Part shown: in pieces, positions 1 to 10,947 of the stretch
How the letters are laid out: each line of letters begins with the position of its first letter
Position numbering within the stretch: position 1 is the stretch's first letter
Assembly: GCA_018992685.1 (NCBI GenBank)
Contig: JACVGT010000021.1
Coordinates: 81,748 to 145,747, forward strand
DNA: 64,000 bases
Direction: 5' to 3'
Source: Theionarchaea archaeon
Lineage (GTDB): Archaea; Methanobacteriota_B; Thermococci; Methanofastidiosales; SZ-28-30
Notes under the pieces: generated by a model
Seen by the model: only the letters and a program-made list of their open reading frames with translations
What the model was told of the DNA's origin: nothing
The model's database searches: none
Position numbers and translations under genes: made by a program

Positions 1-352
1 ATAGCCCTGTGATCTGTCCTCGTTCTGTGATGAGAACATGACGTATCTGGTGTTGTTGCATTAATTCAAGCACTTTAGATACGGGAGAGTCAATGTCAGT
101 TGTGATGAGGTCCCTGGTCATGATGCTGGAAATGGGTTTAGCATAGGACAGTCCTTTAGCCACCACCCGCTCGATAACGTCCCCCTGGGTTAGGAATCCC
201 ACGACTCCTTCATTACACACTACCAGAGAACCTACCTTGAATTCCACCATTTTTCGACAGGCTTCCTGAATAGTTTCATGTTCAGATATGCCCACCAGTT
301 TTCGTGTGGTGTACTGTCTGATGGGAACTGAAAGGTTATTAATATCATTCAT
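1..352 (-). CDS. CBS-domain pair protein (runs off the window edge)
   Basis: Translated by hand, not in the ORF track: MNDINNLSVPIRQYTTRKLVGISEHETIQEACRKMVEFKVGSLVV...VVGFLTQGDVIERVV...IMTRDLITTDIDSPVSKVLELMQQHQIRHVLI, a tandem CBS pattern. Start overlaps the pgk2 3' end. Confidence 0.85.
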   Translation of the reverse strand, partial: MNDINNLSVPIRQYTTRKLVGISEHETIQEACRKMVEFKVGSLVVCNEGVVGFLTQGDVIERVVAKGLSYAKPISSIMTRDLITTDIDSPVSKVLELMQQHQIRHVLITERGQITGL

Positions 353-1226
353 CCGTTGCAGCCTCCTTTTGAAGTTGATCATACATTCTATTTAAGATTT
401 GAGTGACTGTCTCCTCTAACGCTATATTTTCCAGAACCGGAACCCTCTCTCTATTAGCCCTCCCTACGATGTGGTCTTGTATCTGCCTGATCTTGTCAAT
501 ATTCTCAAGGTAGTGTTCTGGAGGTCTTCTGCTGTCCTTTGCTCGAGCATAGAACCTGTTCACGTGTTCCTCTCTGTCACTGAGGGTAAGAACGAAATGA
601 AATATCGTCCGATCCTGACGTTCAACATACCCAGGGACAAGATGAATTCCTTCCATTACAAGACTGAACCCCTCGGTCAGTGCTCTGTTGATTATGGCAT
701 TAATCCCCACAGCAACATGAGATACCTGAAGCTCAAAAGCATAGATCACTGCACTCAAAAATGAAGAAGGAGCCTGAATTTCTTTCCATGCGGAAAATGA
801 GGACGTGTGAAGAGTGGGGAGTAGATCCCGTGAGACCATTTTCCGCATGACCTCACGCACGACGTCTGTCCCAATAATGGAATGAATCCCCAGTCGATAG
901 CTGATTTCAAAGGCTACCGTAGATTTCCCGATGCCTGTGGCACCTCCCAGAAGAACAACAAGTGACTGTTTTTTCTTTCTCAGTGAATGCCACATCTGGT
1001 AGAACGAGGCGATACGTGGGTACCCGTCATCTATCAGGATGTGGTAAGTCATGTCAGTGAGATCTTGTTCAGAGATCCGGGAGATTCCTGAGGTCACCAT
1101 TCTCTGCCCAATTTCCTCTGCCATTTTGTAGGCCCTGTTCACATCCAGCCCTGCTTTCAACAAAGATCCGGCCAGGACACCCTTTGAAAATGGAGTTACA
1201 TACTTCTTGCCTACTACTTCTATCGT
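345..1226 (-). CDS. pgk2: 2-phosphoglycerate kinase with N-terminal ATP-cone
   Basis: P-loop GGATGIGKST, IGTDVVREVMR, LHTSSF, EGIHLVPG. The frame is open upstream of the TTG at 1163 through ...PFSKGVLAGSL to an ACG at 1226. Adjacent to cpgS. Confidence 0.88.
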   Translation of the reverse strand, partial: TIEVVGKKYVTPFSKGVLAGSLLKAGLDVNRAYKMAEEIGQRMVTSGISRISEQDLTDMTYHILIDDGYPRIASFYQMWHSLRKKKQSLVVLLGGATGIGKSTVAFEISYRLGIHSIIGTDVVREVMRKMVSRDLLPTLHTSSFSAWKEIQAPSSFLSAVIYAFELQVSHVAVGINAIINRALTEGFSLVMEGIHLVPGYVERQDRTIFHFVLTLSDREEHVNRFYARAKDSRRPPEHYLENIDKIRQIQDHIVGRANRERVPVLENIALEETVTQILNRMYDQLQKEAATDE

Positions 1227-2566
1227 GTGATCCCCTCCTCAGCCTTTCTTGCCAGCTGGACAATGGCATCCTCCAAGCTGGTGACAGTTCCTCCTCGAAG
1301 GCGGGGAACGTTATCCATGAACACGACATTGCGGTCGAATTTCAAAGCCTCTCGCGTGGCCACATCAATGGCAGAGGCCTTTATTTCAGTAAGGAGAGTA
1401 TCTGCCTGGGGAAGGAATTGGTTCAGGTCTTTCTTTAATCTCGGTCGATTAGAAAGATGGGGAGAAGCCTTTACTATTTCACAACTGAAGGTTTGTTCGA
1501 GGTAGGGTACCAGAGTAGATTCCAGGACTGAGGGGGGCGCCGTGGTAGCCAGGAATACTTTTCTACCTGAAATGTCTTTCAGGGGTACCGGCCTGAACAC
1601 GCAGTGTGCCTGGGGGAGTTCGGGCTTGATTTCACTAATTGCTTTTTGCATCTCTGCCACTTTTTGCGGCGAAGCCATGGGTTCTTCACACATCATGAGG
1701 ATGAGCAGATCGGCCATGAGAATTCTAAAGGGACCGAAGTACTCGTTGATGAATTCCAATGGTTGATGCGCTCCTGCAATCACGATGCAGCAATCTGTAT
1801 TCACAGGAGGGAAGGTGGTGCCTGACCCCTCTAGTATTACGAAGGTTGCTTCCAGTGTATTTGCCAGTTGGGCTCCTTTTTCCATATTAGATGAAAAAGG
1901 AACTCCAGCCATTCCACCACCACATCGCCTGCATCCGACTGTTGCTACGCGGGAAATAAGAGCATTCTCCCAGTGGTCTGACGCAGCGTGCTTTCCCTGA
2001 TTTGCCTGTTTCAGTAGATACGAAGGAGTGAGTTCGATGGTGTCACCTCTGATGATTTCGGGCTGAGCTGGACCTCCCCTTCCCATCGTCACAATCCAGG
2101 GAATATAACCTGAAGCCTTGAGTGTTCGGGCTATGTATCCCGAGACAGCAGTTTTTCCCACCCTCTTTGTTGTCCCCACCACGGAAAAACTGGGACGTTT
2201 CAGAATCTTTGGGTATCTTGGAGGTGTAAACAGGAAGTCTGATCCCTTGTATTGGACTCCTTCTTTCATGAGCGCACAGGCGAGATGTAACCTGCTGACG
2301 TAGTCCATAATCGGCTCGTCTGAAAGATCCACAACTTGCTCAATCTCATGAGCCGAGCAAGCTGTCACAATAACGTCGTGAATATCTCTTGACTGGTTTC
2401 CTCTGTAGATAGGAATATCAAGATGTGCTGTCAATTCCTCAATGCTACCGACTTTTTCCGTTCCTCCCAAGAAAACAGCAGCTCTCACGTCACCTTCAAT
2501 AGTTGCCAACGCATCTTTCGTTACTGGTGGATAATGTTCGCCGTCTATGAGGGCAAGAATATTCAT
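1220..2566 (-). CDS. cpgS: Cyclic 2,3-diphosphoglycerate synthetase
   Basis: LIDGEHYPPV, DLSDEP, KRVGKTAVS, MGRGGP, HAASDHWE, GCRRCGGGMAG, EGSG, TEIKA motifs. ATG at 2566 with a TATA-like CTTAAATA about 25 nt upstream. Confidence 0.93.
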   Translation of the reverse strand: MNILALIDGEHYPPVTKDALATIEGDVRAAVFLGGTEKVGSIEELTAHLDIPIYRGNQSRDIHDVIVTACSAHEIEQVVDLSDEPIMDYVSRLHLACALMKEGVQYKGSDFLFTPPRYPKILKRPSFSVVGTTKRVGKTAVSGYIARTLKASGYIPWIVTMGRGGPAQPEIIRGDTIELTPSYLLKQANQGKHAASDHWENALISRVATVGCRRCGGGMAGVPFSSNMEKGAQLANTLEATFVILEGSGTTFPPVNTDCCIVIAGAHQPLEFINEYFGPFRILMADLLILMMCEEPMASPQKVAEMQKAISEIKPELPQAHCVFRPVPLKDISGRKVFLATTAPPSVLESTLVPYLEQTFSCEIVKASPHLSNRPRLKKDLNQFLPQADTLLTEIKASAIDVATREALKFDRNVVFMDNVPRLRGGTVTSLEDAIVQLARKAEEGITR

Positions 2567-2828
2567 CAAATGAACTTGTTTAGTATGTATTTAAGGGTTC
2601 GCTTGAGAAAGAAGGGACTTCTCATACCTTTTCCCGTGGAACGAACCACGGGCTTGAGTTCTTATATTACTAGTTATTTGCGGACGAGGGGGCTTGGTTG
2701 ATTCTGCTAGTTGAGATGGGGTGTGACGAGGACCGTAAAATAGGAGTGAAGTAATTCGTTAGGAACGGGAAGGTGATTATTGAGTCTCGGAGAGGTCTTG
2801 ATTGATTGTTTTTTGAGTGGCTGCCCTA

Positions 2829-3016
2829 CCCCTTTATTTCCTGTGGAAGTGGGGAAGAGGAAATGGTCGCTTATGTAGTGATAGAAGAATGAAATGGTTA
2901 CTTGGTTAAAAAAGATTGTACGCTTATAAAGATTCCTAACGAAAATTACTGCGCACCTAGCCGCGAAGTTACTTATCTTCTTATAACCCGTCATATTCCA
3001 GTGGAAATGAAGGGGG
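2829..3016. promoter_or_regulatory. Replication origin (oriC): two inverted ORB boxes flanking an AT-rich unwinding region
   Basis: TTCCACAGGAAATAAAGGGG on the minus strand (2829-2848) and TTCCAGTGGAAATGAAGGGGG on the plus strand (2996-3016). Both match the archaeal ORB plus G-string pattern and lie just upstream of cdc6. Confidence 0.88.
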
Positions 3017-3065
3017 CGGAGGAAGGCTTAAATAGGTTTATCATGAAGGTGACAACGGTGATACA

Positions 3066-4355
3066 TTGGAGGGTCAGAGATCATTGGACCAGCTCTTTGA
3101 TGAGCTCTTGATTCAAAGGAAGATTTTCAAAAACAAGGAAGTGCTTCGCGACCACTATACTCCCTCACTGCTTCCTCATAGAGATCTGCAAATTGATGAA
3201 CTTGCTACTATACTTGTATCTGTAATGAAGGGTGAGACCCCTTCTAATATCTTTATTTATGGTAAAACGGGAACGGGCAAGACAGCTGTTACCATTCATG
3301 TAGGAGAAGCGTTGGTAAGAAAAGTAGGTGGATGTTGCTATATCCGTCCATATGGAACAAAACTGGAGATAAAAAAGCCGGAAATGCGCATTCCTGTTTG
3401 GCTCATCTACACGAATTGTGAAATTGTAGATACTCAGTATCGGCTGCTAGCAAAGCTTGCAGAGTACATGGGGCAGTCAGTACCTTTGACTGGGTGGCCC
3501 ACAGACAAAGTGTATGAAAGCTTTGTCCGCGCCCTGGACAAAGAGGAACGATTGGTGATTGTGGTCTTGGATGAGATCGATCGACTGCTCAAGAAAGGAA
3601 GCGATAGTGTCCTTTACAATTTGACACGCATCAACTCAGATCTGAAACGAGCCAAAGTGAGTATTATTGGAATTAGCAATGACCTGAACTTCGTGGAGTT
3701 TCTGGATCCCAGAGTGAGGAGTTCTCTGGGAGAAGAAGAATTGGTGTTTCCTCCGTATTATGCCCAGCAATTAGTTGACATTCTTTCCCATCGGGCAGAA
3801 GAGGCTTTTTTCGACAATGCACTGGATCTTGGGGTTATCCCACTGTGCGCTGCATTTGCAGCTCAGGAACATGGTGATGCACGTCGCGCTCTAGACTTCT
3901 TGAGGATAGCAGGAGAAATTGCTGAAAGAGACAGAGCCTCTCGCGTGACTGAGAAACATGTGCGTATTGCCAAGAACCGCATTGAACAGGACAGGGTGAC
4001 GGAAGTCATCAAGACCTTTCCCACCCAATCAAAGTTTGTACTGTTTGCCATACTGCTTCTGGAGAAGTACAATGCTTCAGCCATTACCACGGGAGAAACG
4101 TACAACGTGTACAAGGAACTGTGCAGACAATCAAAGATGGACATTCTCACTCAGAGGAGGGTATCTGATATTATCAGCGAAATGGACATGATGGGGATAG
4201 TGAATGCAACGGTGGTCAGCAAAGGGCGATATGGAAGAACCAAGGAAATTCGGCTGGGAGTTCCAATGAGCCAGGTAAAGAATGTTCTGGAGAAGCACCA
4301 CAAGATAGAACGAATTTCTAACTTTGTACCCCCTATTCAACGAAAACTTGTCTAG
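3066..4355 (+). CDS. cdc6: Orc1/Cdc6 replication initiator
   Basis: IFKNKEVL...LPHR, Walker A GKTGTGKT, Walker B VLDEID, LDPRVRSSL, HGDARRALD, winged-helix SKGRYGRT. Confidence 0.97.
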   Translation: MEGQRSLDQLFDELLIQRKIFKNKEVLRDHYTPSLLPHRDLQIDELATILVSVMKGETPSNIFIYGKTGTGKTAVTIHVGEALVRKVGGCCYIRPYGTKLEIKKPEMRIPVWLIYTNCEIVDTQYRLLAKLAEYMGQSVPLTGWPTDKVYESFVRALDKEERLVIVVLDEIDRLLKKGSDSVLYNLTRINSDLKRAKVSIIGISNDLNFVEFLDPRVRSSLGEEELVFPPYYAQQLVDILSHRAEEAFFDNALDLGVIPLCAAFAAQEHGDARRALDFLRIAGEIAERDRASRVTEKHVRIAKNRIEQDRVTEVIKTFPTQSKFVLFAILLLEKYNASAITTGETYNVYKELCRQSKMDILTQRRVSDIISEMDMMGIVNATVVSKGRYGRTKEIRLGVPMSQVKNVLEKHHKIERISNFVPPIQRKLV

Positions 4356-4390
4356 GTTCACTCTACTTTTCCATTGATTTGACGATTCAG

Positions 4391-4411
4391 TTTTCTCATT
4401 TTCTTTTCTTT
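4391..4411 (+). terminator. Probable oligo-T archaeal terminator after cdc6
   Basis: TTTTCTCATTTTCTTTTCTTT about 35 nt after the stop codon. Confidence 0.4.
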
Positions 4412-4546
4412 GGGTTCATGACACCGGATAGGGTAACCCTTCTTGTATGACAGGGACCATCTTCCCCTCTTTCACAGACTCTCACATGGCTGAGGTTCAG
4501 AAGCATTTTTTTTCCTAGGCTATAGGCTACTACCATAACCGTAACA

Positions 4547-4574
4547 TTTATATAATAGACTAACTTCAAGTTAA
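4547..4574 (+). promoter_or_regulatory. TATA box plus HSR1/Phr-type heat-shock operator
   Basis: TTTATATA at 4547-4554, then CTAAC-TTCAA-GTTAA at 4560-4574, one mismatch from the Archaeoglobus HSR1 site CTAAC-N5-GTTAG. Confidence 0.7.
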
Positions 4575-4579
4575 GATAA

Positions 4580-5251
4580 GTGATGCTTATGATTTCATCA
4601 GAACAACTTCTGGACGTACTGGGAAACGAAACACGGAGGATGATACTGGAACTGCTGGCAGAAAAGCCACGATATACTACAGAAATTGCCAGTTTGTTGA
4701 ATATCGGTCAAAAGGCCATCAATGATCATCTCAAAATTATGTCTGACTTCGGCATAATTGAGACGTACGTCCAAAAGCAGCAGAGAGGTTCTCCTCGAAA
4801 GTATTTCCAGGTCAATGAACGGTTCAAACTTGAATTTACATTGACTCCTGGATTGTTCCGGATTTATGTGTTGGAACCTAGAAGTGATTGGAAATTCATC
4901 CTTGAGGAGTTTCCTGAGTTTAAAGAGCTGCAAAAAGAAGTGGAGCAAATACAGAAACTGAGGCAGATCGAGCAACATCGAAAGGTGTGCAGAGATCTGG
5001 TTCAAGAACTGGATCGACTGACACAGGCAAAAATGTATATTGAAAACCTGCTGGCAAGGACAAGAAAGCGGTGTATGATGATCATAGATTCTCTGGATCT
5101 GCCGCCTGTAGAGAGCAGGGTACTCTTTGAGGTGGTAACTGGAAAAGAAGGTCTCACTGTGGAGGGTATTGCTGAAAAGTGCAAAATTTCTACAGAAGAA
5201 ACTGTACAGGCCCTGCAGAACCTGGAACAGAAAGGTGTGGTGAGATTATGA
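4580..5251 (+). CDS. ArsR-type winged-HTH heat-shock regulator (Phr/HSR1-like)
   Basis: LLDVLGNETRRMILELL...HL...RGSPRKYF, a coiled-coil middle and a C-terminal second HTH. First gene of the chaperone operon. Confidence 0.8.
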   Translation: MMLMISSEQLLDVLGNETRRMILELLAEKPRYTTEIASLLNIGQKAINDHLKIMSDFGIIETYVQKQQRGSPRKYFQVNERFKLEFTLTPGLFRIYVLEPRSDWKFILEEFPEFKELQKEVEQIQKLRQIEQHRKVCRDLVQELDRLTQAKMYIENLLARTRKRCMMIIDSLDLPPVESRVLFEVVTGKEGLTVEGIAEKCKISTEETVQALQNLEQKGVVRL

Positions 5252-5784
5252 GTGTTATGTTCTGCGTGTATTGTGGGAATTATCTCTCGCAGACATGGCG
5301 GTACTGTCCATATTGTGGGAGGAAAATCTCAGGTGAATCAGAGTTGTTCGATGCTTTGTTCAGGAATGAGGTCAGGGGGATCAGCATTCAAATTATTTCA
5401 GGAGGCTTCAGAAGACAGGAGACGCGAAACAAGGCGGAACGATGGAGGATCCCTATTGAAGAATCCCAGGACAGGAATGAAGAGCATACCTTGAAGGTAA
5501 AGGACAGAAAGGGTGAACGCATCGGGGCTGAATCCCTCGTTGTGCCCAGGCGAGTTGAGGAGCCCGAAGGCAGGATTCACAGAATTGGGCAGCACTGGAT
5601 AATCAGGGTTACTTTGCCTGGAGTCAGGAAAGAGAATATTGATGTACGAAAGCTGGAGACATCAATTGAAGTGAAGGCACACAAAAATGGTGAAGCATAT
5701 TTTAGACAATTCGAAGTGCCAGAATCTGCACGAATCATCTCACAGCACATGGAAGGGGATGAACTCGTTGTAGAAGTGGGGTGA
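5248..5784 (+). CDS. Zinc-ribbon plus Hsp20/alpha-crystallin-like protein
   Basis: N-terminal FCVYCG...YCPYCG; C-terminal EEPE...IRVTLPGVRKENIDV...IEVKA...YFRQF...GDELVVEV. The ATGA overlap with the upstream stop favours a start at 5248. Confidence 0.75.
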   Translation: MSVMFCVYCGNYLSQTWRYCPYCGRKISGESELFDALFRNEVRGISIQIISGGFRRQETRNKAERWRIPIEESQDRNEEHTLKVKDRKGERIGAESLVVPRRVEEPEGRIHRIGQHWIIRVTLPGVRKENIDVRKLETSIEVKAHKNGEAYFRQFEVPESARIISQHMEGDELVVEVG

Positions 5785-5785
5785 C

Positions 5786-6364
5786 ATGATGGATAAAAAA
5801 GAGCGCAGTGGCATGCAGCCTGAAACGAATGCCCAGCCTGCAGATGACGAGGGAGAACCCGTATCTGAATCCATTGAGGTCCCACCTCAATGTCAGGAAG
5901 AGATCGATGCATTATGCAGAGAGATTGAGGAACAGGATCGTACGGTGAAGGAGTATCTTTCCACCCTCCAGAGGTTGCAGGCTGAATTCGAAAATTACAA
6001 GAAAAGGGTGGAACGAGAGCGAATTGAGTATACAGAGCAGGCAAATACAGCCTTGCTTGAGAAATTACTTCCCGTTCTGGATAATTTCGAGCGAGCATTG
6101 AATGCAGAGAGTTCTGACATCCACTCATTGAGGAAGGGCCTCGAGATGATCTTCTCGCAGTTCAGAAAGATACTGGAGGGAGAGGGACTTTCATCCATCG
6201 ATGCTCTAGGAGAAGAATTTGATCCTTACTATCATGAGGCCGTCTTGGTAGCATGCGGCGATTATGAAGACGACACTGTTATTGAGGTGCTGGAGAAGGG
6301 ATATATGTTTAAGCATCGCTGTCTCCGGCCTTCAAAAGTTAAGGTGGGAAAGAGAGGTGATTAA
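5786..6364 (+). CDS. grpE: Nucleotide exchange factor GrpE
   Basis: LQRLQAEFENYKKR, LLPVLDNFERAL, FDPYYHEAV, KGY...LRPSKVKV. Confidence 0.97.
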   Translation: MMDKKERSGMQPETNAQPADDEGEPVSESIEVPPQCQEEIDALCREIEEQDRTVKEYLSTLQRLQAEFENYKKRVERERIEYTEQANTALLEKLLPVLDNFERALNAESSDIHSLRKGLEMIFSQFRKILEGEGLSSIDALGEEFDPYYHEAVLVACGDYEDDTVIEVLEKGYMFKHRCLRPSKVKVGKRGD

Positions 6365-9411
<3,047 letters not shown>

Positions 9412-9607
9412 TTCTGGAATCCTTGCTGAGTTAGAGATCTGCACGTTACTCACAGGGTTCCAAGAGGACTACTATCACGTTCCTGTATGCGGACATGAAA
9501 CGTCATGTGAAAGATGCAAGTCCCTTCTTTTAACGCTCGGTCAGAGTACCTTTACTTTTCCAATGCTCTCGGACAAGTCACTTAAAAAGACCAATCCAGG
9601 TCTTCTC

Positions 9608-9841
9608 ATGCACTATGAACTGGTAGCTCAATGTAATGCAGTAGAAAGACACCACGTGATTCAGAAAATAGAGATGACTGGAGGACGAATCAAGGATATC
9701 CTGGAAGATGAACACGGGCTGCTGCTATTCATTGAATATGATGAACCACCAATCCCTCGAAAAGGGCGCCTGATGGAGGTTTTGAGCGGCATTCTCTCGC
9801 AGATTGGGGATGGCGTTGCATTCCCCACTCCCTCAGCATAA
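9608..9841 (+). CDS. Small hypothetical protein (77 aa)
   Basis: ORF with a TATA-like CTTAAAAA about 27 nt upstream of the ATG at 9608. No family recognised. Confidence 0.5.
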   Translation: MHYELVAQCNAVERHHVIQKIEMTGGRIKDILEDEHGLLLFIEYDEPPIPRKGRLMEVLSGILSQIGDGVAFPTPSA

Positions 9842-9873
9842 ACCCTTATATTGTTTCCGGATTCTCTTTTCTC

Positions 9874-10614
9874 ATGCTCTACTTAATTGGACTGGGTTTG
9901 AATGGTGATCTCACACAGGAGGGAGTTGCAGCTGCAAGAAGGTGCCGTGTCTATGTTGAGAAATATACCAGCCTTCTCACAAGTTCGATTGAAGAGATCG
10001 AGAGGGTTCTGCAACGGACCACGGGCACCCTGTCCAGAAGAGACATTGAGGAGACTGACAGGTTGCTCAGAGAAGCCGAAACAACTGATGTCGCACTTCT
10101 GGTGGTGGGGGATCCAATGGTAGCCACAACTCATTCTGAAATTATTATTGAAGCAAGAAAACGGAATATACCCACGAAAATTATTCATAATGCTTCTATT
10201 TACTCTGCAATAGGTGAAACGGGCCTTCAGATTTATAAGTTTGGCCGGACAGCAACGATTCCCTTTCCACAAGAAGGGTTCAATCCCACCAGTTTCTATG
10301 ACATCATTGAAAAGAATAGGAGCATAGGAGCACATACGCTTGTCCTTCTGGATATTCAGGAAGACAAAAGAAGGTACATGAACCCTACGGAAGCGATGGA
10401 GATTCTGGACCAGTTACGATTTTCTGGTAATCTGATTTGCATTTCTCGTCTCGGTTCCGACAGCCAGCAGATTCTCTATGGTGACATCTCCACCCTCCTT
10501 TCCATTGAGAAGGATCACTGGGGACAACCTCCTCACTGCCTCGTAATTCCATCTTCTCTTCACTTCAAGGAAGAAGAGTCTCTGGAAGCCTTTAGTATAG
10601 AGGTGAGCACATGA
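9874..10614 (+). CDS. dph5: Diphthine synthase
   Basis: MLYLIGLGL, EKYTS, LVVGDPMVATTH, GLQIYKFGRTATI, HTLVLLDI, PPHCLVIP. Confidence 0.96.
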   Translation: MLYLIGLGLNGDLTQEGVAAARRCRVYVEKYTSLLTSSIEEIERVLQRTTGTLSRRDIEETDRLLREAETTDVALLVVGDPMVATTHSEIIIEARKRNIPTKIIHNASIYSAIGETGLQIYKFGRTATIPFPQEGFNPTSFYDIIEKNRSIGAHTLVLLDIQEDKRRYMNPTEAMEILDQLRFSGNLICISRLGSDSQQILYGDISTLLSIEKDHWGQPPHCLVIPSSLHFKEEESLEAFSIEVST

Positions 10615-10904
10615 AAGAGGTTACAGAGGAAAAAATCACCACCTACCTCGCCATCACAGAGAAGGCTCTATCAGTGCTGAAGGTCCTGCCTCCAGAAGGT
10701 TCCACACTGCGGAAAGTTGCCGAAGATATCCTCATGATGGCAACGTCATACTTCAATGACGCTCGCTACTACAAAGAGAAAGCCGACTATGTGACTGCCT
10801 TTGCCTGCGTCAATTATGCACATGGATACATAGACTCGGGGGTTAGAATGGGACTGTTCATGGGAGATGGCAGCGGACTCTTTGCATTTGAACCCGCAGA
10901 TTGA
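10611..10904 (+). CDS. DUF357 family protein
   Basis: MATSYFNDARYY...AFACVNYAHGYIDSGVRMG; usual neighbour of dph5 in archaea. Confidence 0.88.
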   Translation: MKEVTEEKITTYLAITEKALSVLKVLPPEGSTLRKVAEDILMMATSYFNDARYYKEKADYVTAFACVNYAHGYIDSGVRMGLFMGDGSGLFAFEPAD

Positions 10905-10947
10905 ATCTTGACGTTCAAGGAATGCAGTAGCCTGAACCGGCGGATCA

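Noticed and set aside
2707-3111. ORFs 2707-2994 (-) and 2902-3111 (+)
   Set aside because: They span the ORB/AT-rich origin region and their translations are not protein-like.
4417-4450. Imperfect hairpin around AGGGTAACCCT downstream of cdc6
   Set aside because: Short and imperfect, with no recognisable ncRNA motif; could be chance.
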